This document shows positions 25,754-35,815 of a stretch of 64,000 nt of DNA, piece after piece. Each line of letters opens with the position of its first letter. Within the stretch, counting starts at the first letter, position 1. The translations under genes were made by a program, and so were the position numbers. Location: IMG/VR virus record IMGVR_UViG_3300027851_000013. One strand, 5' to 3'. The DNA comes from an uncultured virus (IMG/VR IMGVR_UViG_3300027851_000013). Lineage: Duplodnaviria > Heunggongvirae > Uroviricota > Caudoviricetes. Below the pieces are notes generated by a model that did not search any database, was not told where the DNA came from, and worked only from the letters and a program-made list of their open reading frames with translations.

Positions 25754-25877
25754 GTGCCAAATGCTGTAAAGACTACAACTGTCGCGTGCTGGTTCGATTC
25801 CAGTCCACCTCGGAAACGATGTGGTAGCTCAAATGGTAGAGCAATAGTCCAAACGTCTTTATAAATCCTGTTGGCAC
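25754..25877 (+). ncRNA. Y RNA-like gene C (YrlA-type, full tRNA-like module)
   Basis: GTGCCAA/TTGGCAC and GTAAAGAC/GTCTTTAT stems; T arm GCTGGTTCGATTCCAGT, closed acceptor CCAC/GTGG, D arm GCTC/GAGC. Confidence 0.85.
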
Positions 25878-25880
25878 TTT

Positions 25881-25954
25881 AGGTCGGTAGTGTAACGGTA
25901 GCACAATGGATTCCAAATCCATTAGTTCGGGTTCAAATCCCGCCCGACCTGCCA
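25881..25954 (+). tRNA. tRNA-Trp(CCA)
   Basis: ATGGA-TTCCAAA-TCCAT anticodon arm, CCA. Confidence 0.93.
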
Positions 25955-25955
25955 C

Positions 25956-26031
25956 GCCAGGTAAGCTAATCTAGTGAAAGCGTTTGACTGAAGATCAAAA
26001 GAGTTCGGAGCGTAACCGAAACCTGGTGCCA
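25956..26031 (+). tRNA. tRNA-Phe(GAA) with non-canonical T loop
   Basis: TTTGA-CTGAAGA-TCAAA anticodon arm; T arm TTCGG-AGCGTAA-CCGAA; CCA. Confidence 0.8.
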
Positions 26032-26037
26032 TTTGTT

Positions 26038-26304
26038 ATGACACACTTTGTAGGAAATTTGGAAAAAGGAGACTCCTGTGCAGTATCATGCAACGGTTCT
26101 ACTTTTCTGTGCAGAGTCGTATCTACATTTCCTTTTGACGAGAACCTAAACTCTATGTATGAGTGTGTCACGCCACACGGAAGTGTAATCGTAGCAGGGG
26201 CAGTGTGGGTTCGTCGTCTAACTGACGAGGAGACCGACACGCTAAAGAGCTTAGAAGAAAAAGCTACTAGTGAAGGAATAACACCTTATCTTGGTAGGCT
26301 GTGA
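26038..26304 (+). CDS. hypothetical protein
   Basis: ATG after tRNA-Phe. Confidence 0.45.
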   Translation: MTHFVGNLEKGDSCAVSCNGSTFLCRVVSTFPFDENLNSMYECVTPHGSVIVAGAVWVRRLTDEETDTLKSLEEKATSEGITPYLGRL

Positions 26305-26307
26305 TTT

Positions 26308-26382
26308 GCCTTGGTAACTCAGTGGCAGAGTACCTCCTTGGTAAGGAGGAAGTCGTGGGTTCAATCCCCACCCAAGGCTCCA
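26308..26382 (+). tRNA. tRNA-Thr(GGU)
   Basis: CCTCC-TTGGTAA-GGAGG anticodon arm, CCA. Confidence 0.95.
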
Positions 26383-26537
26383 AAAGATGAGACTCTGGTC
26401 CTTCACTTTTGCCGTAGTAGCTGCGATAGGATTCGGATTGGCTGCATTTTATGCGGAAGGTCAGCCTTTGGTAGGTATTAATGTAGGCGCCGGTGTTTTT
26501 GCGTTTACCGTGTCTTTGTTATTGAAGGAAGATTGAC

Positions 26538-26846
26538 GTGTCTAACTGCACTCTTTGTTCTAGAGAGTTGCCTCTCACCTTTCATCATCTTATTCCACGA
26601 ACTCTACACACGAGAAAATGGTTTAAGAAGACCTTCTCTAAAGAACAGCTAGACTCAGGAATTATGGTGTGCCGTGACTGCCACGACGCCATACATCGCT
26701 TCATTCCAGAAAAGAATTTGGGGTCAGAGTACAACACCTTGGATAAGTTGTTGGCTCACGAAAAAGTAGCTTCTTTCGTACGTTGGGTGTCGACCAAAGG
26801 GGGAAGTCACGCAACTAGTCAGCCTGTTTGGCACAAAAGAGGTTAG
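26538..26846 (+). CDS. small HNH-family protein
   Basis: CTLCSR..LTFHHLIP...VCRDCHDAIH. Confidence 0.8.
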   Translation: MSNCTLCSRELPLTFHHLIPRTLHTRKWFKKTFSKEQLDSGIMVCRDCHDAIHRFIPEKNLGSEYNTLDKLLAHEKVASFVRWVSTKGGSHATSQPVWHKRG

Positions 26847-26869
26847 TTCTATCCTTATATGAGGAGTAT

Positions 26870-26989
26870 CCCACATCTCTGGAGAGCTTCTGCTACTTGA
26901 GTCCTGAAAACCGGGCTCATAACGCCACCTTAGGTCCGTTGTAGTTACGTACTAGCAGAATCCGGGTTCAATTCCTGGGTGTGGGGCCA
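26870..26989 (+). ncRNA. tRNA/tmRNA-like small RNA ending in CCA, lacking D stem and anticodon arm
   Basis: CCCACAT/GTGTGGG acceptor plus GCCA; T arm CCGGG-TTCAATT-CCTGG; 8-bp helix TTCTGCTA/TAGCAGAA. Confidence 0.7.
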
Positions 26990-27423
26990 AAAGTTTTTAT
27001 CATGATTCGCTTGCTATCTCTACTCCTTTTGTTTTCTTGCGCTCCGGCAATACCTCCAGAGCCCACCTGTAGACCTGTACTTTGCGCTCCGGATCACTAC
27101 TTTGATTCTCACTTCTGTGCCTGTAAGATTCGACCCGATGCTTCCTCCGAGTGAACTATCAGAGAACCAACGTCTCCTCTCTGAAGAAGTAATTCGCTTG
27201 TGCGTAAAGGAACATGGATCTCACCCTGTAGTGGGTTGGGAGGTATCTCTGTGGAGAGCCTCCTTAGGTCAAATTCGAATTGAATCCCTATCCTATCCAG
27301 AGATGACTCACCTTCTATCCCTTGCCCAGAAGGCAGGAGGATGGGTCTTTTGGACTTCGGAGGGCCACACCTTTTATCCTGTAAAGGATTGGTTGAATCT
27401 TCTCAAGTCTATTGGGGTGTGAA

Positions 27424-27804
27424 ATGGCACGGAGAATCAAAAAGATATGGGTTGTATCTTACAACTCTGACAGTCCGTTTTACGAATATGAAATATACCC
27501 TACAAAGAAAGCTGCCCTGGCGGCAGCTAAAGAGTGGGTTATTTCTATTTTGGCTGATAGTAAGAGATATGAGCTGTCCGCAGCAGATACCCTTTCCAAG
27601 CTAAAGAAACTGACGGTTCTTCATGGAGATGTGAAAAAAGAAAGTATTCCCCTGGAATCCTGGACGTCCGACTACGAATCCTTCATCGAATCTCAGAAGC
27701 TCGAAAGAGAAGAGTTGGACTACAAAAGGTATCTTGACCTTAGGTCTCGATTTGAAGACAGGTTTAGAAAAGAGTCACAGAAGGGTATACTGAACTGTTC
27801 CTAA
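27424..27804 (+). CDS. hypothetical protein
   Basis: Packed ORF. Confidence 0.5.
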   Translation: MARRIKKIWVVSYNSDSPFYEYEIYPTKKAALAAAKEWVISILADSKRYELSAADTLSKLKKLTVLHGDVKKESIPLESWTSDYESFIESQKLEREELDYKRYLDLRSRFEDRFRKESQKGILNCS

Positions 27805-28609
27805 CCCATCCTATTTAGGGTGGTATGACCCTTGTAGAAGCTCTCGTATCGCCGCCCTTGGTTTTGGTTAGTATCTACTTATCGCTAAAGATTAGCGGCC
27901 TGCGCAAGAGACTTGATTTATGACCCGAGAAGCTAAATTATGGGCAGATGAGTCAGGAACCACCTGGTGGGAAGTTACCCAAGAGGGCGCCGATCCGGTA
28001 GGCCTGCAGGGACCTGGTCCGTGCAGGGGATTGCAGTATGTTCCCAGACTGGAGTTTGACTCCAGGTTCACTCTAGTTACTGCGCCTAAGGCAGATAATA
28101 ATCCATTTTCCAAAATTATGCCTCTCTACAAACCTTCTAAGAAATTAGGTATGAGATGACAGACTATCCCTCGCTTTTGGAGCGTATCTCCTTAGATTCT
28201 CTTTGCGACAGCAGAAGACCCAAACCGGGCCGAGCGGTAGAGGTGGCCTGCGCGAACCCTGAAATAAAAGACAAGCTCTCCAGGCTAACCTCTGATGATG
28301 TTTCTCGCATACATCTAAGCAGTCTAGCTTTGACTCTCATATCTGCGCATCGCTGATGTTCTACTGCCACATGACTGTGGAATGCCACAGGTGCGCCGCA
28401 CAAGCGGATATGAAAGTTTTTGTCGGAGAGGTCAGACCACTTCAGCCTGAGGACACGAAACACCATAACTTGACTCTTCCTGCCGGATGGATGTGGAAAG
28501 AAAGATATGGATATTTCGTTGACTCAAAGTTTAGGTATACAAATACTATTCCATACTATGACGCGGTATCTATCCTGTGCCCTGAGTGTGTGGAAAAGGA
28601 CCCTCTTTG

Positions 28610-30802
28610 ATGCAGTTTGACACCTTATACCACAAGGGTTCCTCTGGTGCTCTATACTCCTGGAGAGTATGGACAGAGGGAGCTGACGTGTGCACAGAAT
28701 ATGGTCAAATAGACGGTAAAAAGCAGCTTGCTCGAAAGACAGCTGACGCCAAGAACGTGGACAAGTCCAATGCCACCACACCAGAAGAACAAGCGGTTGC
28801 TGAAGCTAAGTCCATGTGGACTCATCGAGTAGAGAGAAAGTATCGTCGTACTATTGATGAAGCCAAAAATGATGAGATATTTCTTCCCATGTTGGCTTCT
28901 GAATTCGAGAAGCGAAGAGGTCAGAAGAAGGACGGTCACACCTATCCGTGTGACGTGCAGCCTAAACTGGATGGTTGCGTCTATGGTAGCACAGTCTTGA
29001 CTACCTCAGATGGACCAAAGACAATCCAAGAAATTGTAGAAGGGAGACTTTCCCTAGAAGTTCTCTCTTACAATGAAAGCAAAGAGGTGTTTGAGTTTAA
29101 GAGAGTTGTAGGTTGGTTCAATAACGGGTATGCGGACCACACTCATTGGTTAGACGTAGTTCCTGAATTTGGTAATCACATTAAGTGCACTAGCGATCAT
29201 AAGTTTCTCACTCCATCTGGATGGAAGGAAGCCCGAGACCTAGACCCTAAATGCGATCTAATACTTTCTTTTGACGACAGTTCGTACTTCAACTCTTTGC
29301 TGGCTGGGACCCTCCTGGGTGATTCTATGCTGGTCGTGGAAAAACGTGGGTCTGGGACATCATACAGGTCAAAGTTCGCTCATACAAACAAAGAATTCTT
29401 TGAATTCAAGAAGAGCCTTTTAGGGCTCACTGGCTCGTCTGTAACGTACACTTCTGGATTTGGATCCAGAGGGAAGGCGTTCATTTCTTCCGCTCTCACT
29501 TCGTCCACATTCCCTATATCTAGGTTTTATCACACAGGTCACTCACCTAATGTTGGAAAACGTAAGGTAGTGTATCACGAAACCTTACGTGAGCTTCTTT
29601 CCCCAGAAGCCTTGGCATTGTGGATCGGTGATGATGGTTCCATACAGAATAATAATGGAGACCCAACCACGCCTCGTTTATACTTGCACACTCACTCCTC
29701 TTCAGAGGATCAGATCGAGGAATACAGGAAATACTTTAGATCAGAGTGGGATTGTACTCCTTCTGTGTACACAGACAAGGTAGTAGAGGACACCGGTAAT
29801 GTCCCTGGAAAGTTTCTTTGCTTTAGTACCAAGGACACTCTTTGGATCTTGAACAAGTTAAGAACAAAGCACTGCAAGGGTGTTGAATACAAGTTTTACT
29901 TCCCGACTGAAGGGTATGTAAGACCTGTAACAAAAGGACCTGTCTGGCAGCGATTCCATGTGAGGCACGCTAAGTTCATGCCTGTTGCTGCTAAATATGA
30001 CATCGAGGTTGAAGACAACCACACATATGTGGCGAATGGACATGTTATCCATAATTGTAGGGCTCTTGCTTACTGGGACGGAGAAGACTTGAAGCTCCTT
30101 TCCCGAGGAGGGAAGGAGTACAACTGTCCTCACATAATTTCTGTTCTGAAGAACGTCCTCCCTCCGAATCTAGTTTTAGACGGGGAGCTTTACTTGCACG
30201 GAGTCGGGTTTCAGACCATTACTTCGTGGGTGAAGAAGTTACAAGCGAACACAAGCAAGATACAATATCATGTGTACGACTGTGTGCTGCTTAATGACCG
30301 AAGCGCCAGCTGGGTTGACAGGTATCACCACCTATACGCTTTCTTTAACACATCCTCCCATAGATTAGGGGACGTTGTTCATTTGGTCGAGACTTATGAG
30401 GCTCACAACGAAGACGAAATCCTTAGGATCCACAATAAGGTAGTCTCGAAAGGGTACGAGGGAGCCATCGTCAGGATGTACGATGATAGCAAATATCAGT
30501 TTGCTTATAGGTCCAAGAGATTACTCAAGGTCAAATCCTTTAATGACTCGGAGTATGAGGTTGTAGGGTATACTACGGGCAAGGGCAAGTTTGCTGACTG
30601 TGCTGTATGGATCTGTAAAGCTGGAGATAACACCTTTCAGGTGGTATCCATGGGCTCGATGGAAGAGCGAAAAAGACTTCTGCAAGAAGCCGAATCTTAT
30701 GTGGGGTGCTTGTTGAAGGTAAAGTACTTCGATCTCACAGATGACGGAATCCCAAGATTTCCTGTTGGAATAGGCTTTAGGATGGAAGAGGATATGTCAT
30801 GA
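28610..30802 (+). CDS. lig: ATP-dependent DNA ligase, intein-containing
   Basis: PMLA, KLDG|CR, LDGELY, YHVYD, EGAIVR, RSKRLLKVK, PRFPVG. Confidence 0.92.
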   Translation: MQFDTLYHKGSSGALYSWRVWTEGADVCTEYGQIDGKKQLARKTADAKNVDKSNATTPEEQAVAEAKSMWTHRVERKYRRTIDEAKNDEIFLPMLASEFEKRRGQKKDGHTYPCDVQPKLDGCVYGSTVLTTSDGPKTIQEIVEGRLSLEVLSYNESKEVFEFKRVVGWFNNGYADHTHWLDVVPEFGNHIKCTSDHKFLTPSGWKEARDLDPKCDLILSFDDSSYFNSLLAGTLLGDSMLVVEKRGSGTSYRSKFAHTNKEFFEFKKSLLGLTGSSVTYTSGFGSRGKAFISSALTSSTFPISRFYHTGHSPNVGKRKVVYHETLRELLSPEALALWIGDDGSIQNNNGDPTTPRLYLHTHSSSEDQIEEYRKYFRSEWDCTPSVYTDKVVEDTGNVPGKFLCFSTKDTLWILNKLRTKHCKGVEYKFYFPTEGYVRPVTKGPVWQRFHVRHAKFMPVAAKYDIEVEDNHTYVANGHVIHNCRALAYWDGEDLKLLSRGGKEYNCPHIISVLKNVLPPNLVLDGELYLHGVGFQTITSWVKKLQANTSKIQYHVYDCVLLNDRSASWVDRYHHLYAFFNTSSHRLGDVVHLVETYEAHNEDEILRIHNKVVSKGYEGAIVRMYDDSKYQFAYRSKRLLKVKSFNDSEYEVVGYTTGKGKFADCAVWICKAGDNTFQVVSMGSMEERKRLLQEAESYVGCLLKVKYFDLTDDGIPRFPVGIGFRMEEDMS
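28976..30055 (+). mobile_element. intein (360 aa) with LAGLIDADG endonuclease
   Basis: Starts CVYGST, block B KCTSDHKF, LAGTLLGDS and LALWIGDDG helices, ends YDIEVEDNHTYVANGHVIHN before Cys+1. Confidence 0.93.
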
Positions 30803-31508
30803 TTAGAATCGATTGGTCTCCAGTTATTCTAAACTCCTCCAGTGTCGATGCTATCCTCTCCTTTGCTTTAGGGTCTTCCATAAAAGTTGCCAGAAAGCAA
30901 GCATGGGATCCAAACGTTATTCGTTTATTTCAGAGTCTTTCTAGACTGCCCGCAGATACCGCGAGAAGAAGAGCTAGAGAATGGGCCAAGAGAAACGGAT
31001 ATTTGTGAGTGAGCACAAAGAATTTCTGAAAGAGCTGGCTCTCGTTTGTCTTCCCGCGCTTATCACAAGTTTACCAGAATTGATAAAGGCGCTGAGGGGT
31101 TCAGTCAGTGACTCGCCTAAAGAAGAGAACATAGACAAAAATTCCTCTTCAGAGTCCTTCTCTTATTTTATTCGTTCTTGTAGAACAAAGAAGTAATCTA
31201 CTAAGGATGGTAGTACCACAACCTACCCATGGCTCTTTTGTGTAGAGCCAACGCGATCTTGGTGTACACCTTGTTTATTCTCTTCACTTAGACAACATAA
31301 CCAGACATTCAAAAGAAACAATCTTGAAACATGAAGCCTGGAGATCGCGTTTTTGTGGACGACAACGGACGTCAACACGAAGCCGTAGTGAGCAGCGAAC
31401 CTGAGCATGGGTGGGTCGGTTTGCGTGGTATTCCAGGTCGCCCAGGTGTGGTTAGTGTGCCAGTAAAGTCTGTCTCCGTAAGGAAGTCTCTAACTAAGAA
31501 GGCGTCCA

Positions 31509-31757
31509 ATGAAGAAGTTTGAATACCTTGTAGAGATCGTAGACATTACGTCAGCAGAGTACGACGAGACAGGAACCTACTACAAGCACGTGTTAAGTGC
31601 AGAACTTCTTCAAAAGAGTTTGACTAGTCATGCTGATGACGGGTGGCGTTGTGTAAACGTGATAGTATCTCCCGTTGATCCGGAAGTCGTGACAGTTGTG
31701 CTGGAAAGAGAACTTCCAGCAGTCTTAGATAGGACGAACCCTGTGCATACTAGTTGA
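31509..31757 (+). CDS. DUF4177-like small protein
   Basis: KKFEY...L....DGWRCV...LER pattern. Confidence 0.5.
   Translation: MKKFEYLVEIVDITSAEYDETGTYYKHVLSAELLQKSLTSHADDGWRCVNVIVSPVDPEVVTVVLERELPAVLDRTNPVHTS
31736..31753 (+). promoter_or_regulatory. putative phage promoter motif (copy 4), upstream of the Y RNA cluster
   Basis: GAACCCTGTGCATACTAG; a TTGACA also lies at 31779. Confidence 0.6.
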
Positions 31758-31834
31758 ACCAGAGTCTTCACTTTTTTCTTGACACTCGGTTGAAGACTGC
31801 TAGAGTCACCGACTCTGAAAACTAAATAGGTTAC

Positions 31835-31968
31835 GTGGCAAATGCCTGTAAGGGTGTACATCCATTCGGAGGACGAGGACCAGGTGCAACTCCTGGGGCT
31901 GCGATTTTTGACGCAGCTTAGTGTAAGAGTAGCACGCGTAAATTCACTCTTGCGATTTCTGTTGCCAC
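31835..31968 (+). ncRNA. Y RNA-like gene D (YrlA-type)
   Basis: GTGGCAA/TTGCCAC stem, ATGC, TACAT; T-like arm CCAGG/CCTGG, acceptor GGCTGCG/CGCAGCT, D arm. Confidence 0.85.
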
Positions 31969-31979
31969 ATTTTTTTTTC

Positions 31980-32103
31980 GTGCTGAATGCGAGAAAGACT
32001 ACAATCCAAACTGGGGATTCGGGTTCGACTCCCGAGGTCTCTCCGGAGATCTAGTCTAATGGAAGGACATCAGTAACTACGTCTTTTTCAATTCTGTCAG
32101 CAC
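31980..32103 (+). ncRNA. Y RNA-like gene E (YrlA-type)
   Basis: GTGCTGA/TCAGCAC stem; TCGGGTTCGACTCCCGA T arm; GGTCTC-tccg-GAGATC; GTCTAATGGAAGGAC D arm. Confidence 0.88.
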
Positions 32104-32112
32104 ATATGTTTC

Positions 32113-32233
32113 GGACGAATGACCGATTGGGACTACATTTGACCGTTAATCAAACGATCTGGGTTCGATTCCCAGGCCCTCCTTAGGGAGGGAGCAAGGT
32201 GCTAGTATATGTCTCTTTCACCTTCTGTCGTCC
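32113..32233 (+). ncRNA. Y RNA-like gene F
   Basis: GGACGA/TCGTCC stem, GACTACAT, CTGGGTTCGATTCCCAG T arm, closed acceptor, reduced D arm. Confidence 0.82.
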
Positions 32234-32238
32234 ATTTT

Positions 32239-32312
32239 TGCGGGGTAGTGTAGTAGACGCACGATAGGCTCATAACCTATAGGACCTGGGGCAGCTCCGG
32301 CGACCGCAACCA
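32239..32312 (+). tRNA. tRNA with CAU anticodon (Met or Ile2), atypical T arm and acceptor
   Basis: ATAGG-CTCATAA-CCTAT anticodon arm; ends ACCA; T loop lacks TTCG. Confidence 0.7.
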
Positions 32313-32315
32313 AAC

Positions 32316-32383
32316 GTAGCGAATGCTAGTGTGGGACTACATTTCATTGGAGAAAACTCGTCTCATACATCTTCTGTCGCTAC
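32316..32383 (+). ncRNA. Y RNA-like gene G (minimal, no tRNA-like module)
   Basis: GTAGCGA-ATGC..GTGTGGGAC-TACAT...GTCTCATAC..TTCTG-TCGCTAC. Confidence 0.78.
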
Positions 32384-32403
32384 ATTTTTTGAGAGGATTA
32401 GGC

Positions 32404-32748
32404 ATGGCTACTCTAAGGGATAGAACTAACTCCGTGCTCTTATCTTCTTTTTCTATTCTGTCTAACGATAGAACTTCCCACATGAAATCCGTAGATTCCA
32501 TCATAGACCTGATGGATGACCTCATGTACGCAGGCGAGTGGGAAGAAGTCAAGTATGTTCTGGCCTCCATATGCACTGACAGGTATCCTCCAACGGTACT
32601 TACAGGTGTATTAGCTTTCTCCAAGGCTGCACGGGAGAAGCTAGGAGAGGCCAGAACGGACTTCTTGTCTCGTGCAATGAACTCCCTGCTACACACATGG
32701 GGACAAACAGAAGACCGTGTGGCTTACACGGAAAACAGACTCAAGTAA
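32404..32748 (+). CDS. hypothetical protein (paralog of 37964-38278)
   Basis: GAGG RBS; DDLMYAGEWEEV motif. Confidence 0.55.
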   Translation: MATLRDRTNSVLLSSFSILSNDRTSHMKSVDSIIDLMDDLMYAGEWEEVKYVLASICTDRYPPTVLTGVLAFSKAAREKLGEARTDFLSRAMNSLLHTWGQTEDRVAYTENRLK

Positions 32749-32805
32749 GTTTGCGCATCGTACGGGTGCGTTAGTGTATTAACCCTACTCCTATGGAGGT
32801 GTCTC

Positions 32806-34431
32806 ATGGCTAATAAGTCTATTTTTGGTGGTGCTACGGCAGGTAAGAGGCCGAGGGCCGTTCCCCTAGATTCTAAGGGAAAGGTTACTCGAAATGAAGC
32901 GGGAGGTCTGGCTTACCCGCTCACAAATCGTGCCGCCCTTGCGCAATATGCCTGCACAGGCACCTTCAGCAACACGTACTACGCTTCTGCTTCGGACCAG
33001 TTGACGAAGACTCTGGAGCTGGCATCCAAGGTGGACAACGTCTTCCTTGCCAAGACCGCCATTTACTCCAGGAGGTCTGCCTTCATGAAAGACATGCCTG
33101 CCCTTTTGGTGGCTGTTCTTTTTGCTCGTGCCGGCAACAATGATGTGGAGGCCTCCCGCTTGTTTCGTACCGTTTTTCCGATTGTCATTGACAACGCAAA
33201 GATGCTCCGAAACTTCGTGCAGGTAGTTCGATCTGGTGTTACGGGGCGGAAGAGCCTCGGCACCATGGGCAAGAGCGTGATCAACAATTGGTTTGACCGC
33301 AGAACTGCTGACCAAATCTTTCGTGATTCCGTAGGCAACGATCCTTCTTTGGTGGATGTCATTAAGTTGGCACATCCTAAGTCTGGGTCTGATGCAGCGA
33401 AGCATGCCACCTTCAATTACCTTCTGGGTAAAGAAGGTGCAAGAATCGCTTCCACTCTTCCTGACTCTATTCGGGAGTTTGAGGCTTTCAAGGCCAATCC
33501 CAAGAAAGCATCTGTACCCAAGGTTCCCTTCCAGTTGCTTACTTCTTTGGACCTGGACACAAAGCAGTGGACCGAGATTGCATTGAACGGTGGCTGGCAC
33601 TTTGTTCGTATGAATCTAAACACTTTTGCGCGCCATGGTGTGCTAAAGAATGCGGACGTAGTGTCAAAGCTGGCGGACAAGCTTAGGGACGAGAAAGAAA
33701 TCTCTAGTTCCAGAGTATTCCCGTATCAACTTCTGATGGCGTACAAGGCTACTGAGGCGTCTTCGGATATCCCCATGCCACTGAAACTGGCGCTTCAGGA
33801 TGCTATGGAGATAGCTACCAAGAATGTTCCTCCGCTCTCTGGGAACGTATGGGTATTTCCTGACGTATCTGGCTCCATGAGCAGCCCAGTGACAGGCCAT
33901 CGTAAGGGCGCTACTACTGGTGTCCGTTGTATTGATGTTGCTGCGCTTGTTTCAGCATCAATTCTTCGTACGTCACCCACTGCCAACGTGCTTCCTTTTG
34001 ACACGCGTATGCACGCCGCTTCTCTAAACCCAAGAGATTCGGTTATGACAAATGCGAAGAAGTTGGCCTCATTTGGTGGCGGTGGTACCACTGTATCGCT
34101 CTGCTTTGAGCATCTTCAAGGCAAGAAGGCTGATGTTATCATCATTGTATCGGACAACGAATCGTGGCTAGATAGACCCGTCTCTTCTTGGGGTAGGGCT
34201 TCCACCGCCTCTGAGGCTGGCTGGCAGCGCATCAAGGCGAAGAACCCTGACTGCAAGCTGGTTTGCATCGACATTCAGCCGTATGCCACGACTCAAGTCG
34301 CCGATGAGCGGAACTCCGTTCTCAACATTGGCGGTTTTTCTGACAGCGTGTTTGAGGTAGTCTCTGCTTTCGCCCAGGGGTCAGACTCCAGCTTTTGGGT
34401 TGAGAGAATAGAGTCCATGCAAGTGGACTGA
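32806..34431 (+). CDS. rsr: Ro60/TROVE RNA-binding protein (Rsr)
   Basis: NEAGG, MKDMPALL, MLRNFVQ, IKLAHPK, MNLNTF.RHG, VFPYQL; C-terminal vWA DVSGSM, GGGGT, SDNESW. Confidence 0.95.
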   Translation: MANKSIFGGATAGKRPRAVPLDSKGKVTRNEAGGLAYPLTNRAALAQYACTGTFSNTYYASASDQLTKTLELASKVDNVFLAKTAIYSRRSAFMKDMPALLVAVLFARAGNNDVEASRLFRTVFPIVIDNAKMLRNFVQVVRSGVTGRKSLGTMGKSVINNWFDRRTADQIFRDSVGNDPSLVDVIKLAHPKSGSDAAKHATFNYLLGKEGARIASTLPDSIREFEAFKANPKKASVPKVPFQLLTSLDLDTKQWTEIALNGGWHFVRMNLNTFARHGVLKNADVVSKLADKLRDEKEISSSRVFPYQLLMAYKATEASSDIPMPLKLALQDAMEIATKNVPPLSGNVWVFPDVSGSMSSPVTGHRKGATTGVRCIDVAALVSASILRTSPTANVLPFDTRMHAASLNPRDSVMTNAKKLASFGGGGTTVSLCFEHLQGKKADVIIIVSDNESWLDRPVSSWGRASTASEAGWQRIKAKNPDCKLVCIDIQPYATTQVADERNSVLNIGGFSDSVFEVVSAFAQGSDSSFWVERIESMQVD

Positions 34432-34434
34432 GCT

Positions 34435-34469
34435 AGAAAGGGCCCGCAATTTGCGGGCCCTTTCTGTTT
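34435..34469 (+). terminator. intrinsic terminator after rsr
   Basis: AGAAAGGGCCCGCAA-t-TTGCGGGCCCTTTCT. Confidence 0.75.
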
Positions 34470-34488
34470 AAGCAGCACAGGAGGAAGT

Positions 34489-34830
34489 ATGGATTGGAAA
34501 AACGTACTATCGTCGCACAACGAGATATCTGTACGAGGAAACATAGAGCAGGCAGACTATCTTGTAGATCGTCTTTCCTTCGAGATAAGGAGGGACGTGG
34601 CTGAACATGTCCCTCCCCTTGTGGCAGAGATGCTTTCTAGGTGGATGTGTGACTCACTTAAGGTGACAAAACCTACAGTTCAACTTGTGATGAACCATCC
34701 ATTGTTAGTCAAATTTCATCCTGCTGACGTAGTACACGTTCTCAATAAAGAACTGTCTAAGTATATTTCCACACGTCTAGTTTTGGATAATTTTGGTGAA
34801 ATCCGTGGCGTAGAGATAAGGTTGTCGTGA
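34489..34830 (+). CDS. hypothetical protein
   Basis: GGAGG RBS. Confidence 0.55.
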   Translation: MDWKNVLSSHNEISVRGNIEQADYLVDRLSFEIRRDVAEHVPPLVAEMLSRWMCDSLKVTKPTVQLVMNHPLLVKFHPADVVHVLNKELSKYISTRLVLDNFGEIRGVEIRLS

Positions 34831-35204
34831 TTCCGACTCAATCAGGTTTACGCAAGCGTGTGGGCGCGTCTCTTGACGCCCTCAAGTCAGCGGCAGATAC
34901 GCAACGTGCTCTTCTTCGTGACGAATTAGGTCGTCGAGAAGACATGTATGGGTGCGACCTAGAGGAGATACGCCGTCTATGGGCTGTGCTGGAAGGTATC
35001 CGTCTAGCTCGCAGGGCGTTGATTCGTGTGACGCGAAGAGTAGATGAATTTCCCTCCGCAAAGGTAACGTTGCTGGGACTCTCCAACGATCCCTCAGAGG
35101 CGGACCGCCTAGACTCTCCTTCCTTCTACCTAGGAAGGCTTGCCTCACATGCAAATGACGTGCGTATCCTTCTTTCGTTGTTTGATGACGAGGGTCCTAT
35201 TTGA
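34827..35204 (+). CDS. hypothetical protein
   Basis: GTGA overlap. Confidence 0.5.
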   Translation: MIPTQSGLRKRVGASLDALKSAADTQRALLRDELGRREDMYGCDLEEIRRLWAVLEGIRLARRALIRVTRRVDEFPSAKVTLLGLSNDPSEADRLDSPSFYLGRLASHANDVRILLSLFDDEGPI

Positions 35205-35815
35205 TGTTGTTTTCCAAATTGAAGTGGTTTTGTAACTGCTGCGGTAAGGAGATGAACACCTTGCCTAGTGCTGCCATAGGATCTAAATTTAGGACTTGTT
35301 CCTTGGATTGTAATCGCGAGATAGAATGGCGGTACACTCTAGCCATCCTTGGCGAGGAATATACACCTGACCCTAACCCAGTTGGTAAAAGGGAGAAGAA
35401 CACATGAGATTGTGGGAAGCAATCCTCGTCACTTTCGTTGAAACTCTTCCCCTTCTGTTCTTTGTGTTCACTCTTTTCGTCCTGAAAGGAGTGCACTTCA
35501 TGATAAGAACGATAGTTCTGGACATCTACAGGATGAAAATAGAGTCAGGAGAAGAGCCCAGTGAGATGCTTTCCTTCTTCTATTCTCGGTTCAGCAAAGA
35601 GAAGAAGAAAGAAGAGTACGACCTATGATCGATATGTCCATGGAGGTCGTACCTCTTGTGGCTGTGTACCTGATTTTGGAATCAGAGGCAGTAGCTGCTC
35701 TCGACAACAAGCTAAAGCATGCGGCCCTGTCTCATGCCAGAGATTTGGTTTGGCCTCTTCTCACTCCAACTGAACGTTCCGTACTGGTGTCACGGTCCCA
35801 GCCTGTATATCCAAG

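Noticed and set aside
31835..32383. CRISPR array or tandem repeat
   Set aside because: Units conserve pairing rather than identical sequence and contain tRNA-like arms; no cas genes are present.
32866..33600. 244-aa minus-strand ORF
   Set aside because: Entirely antisense to the well-supported Ro60 gene and has no recognisable motifs.
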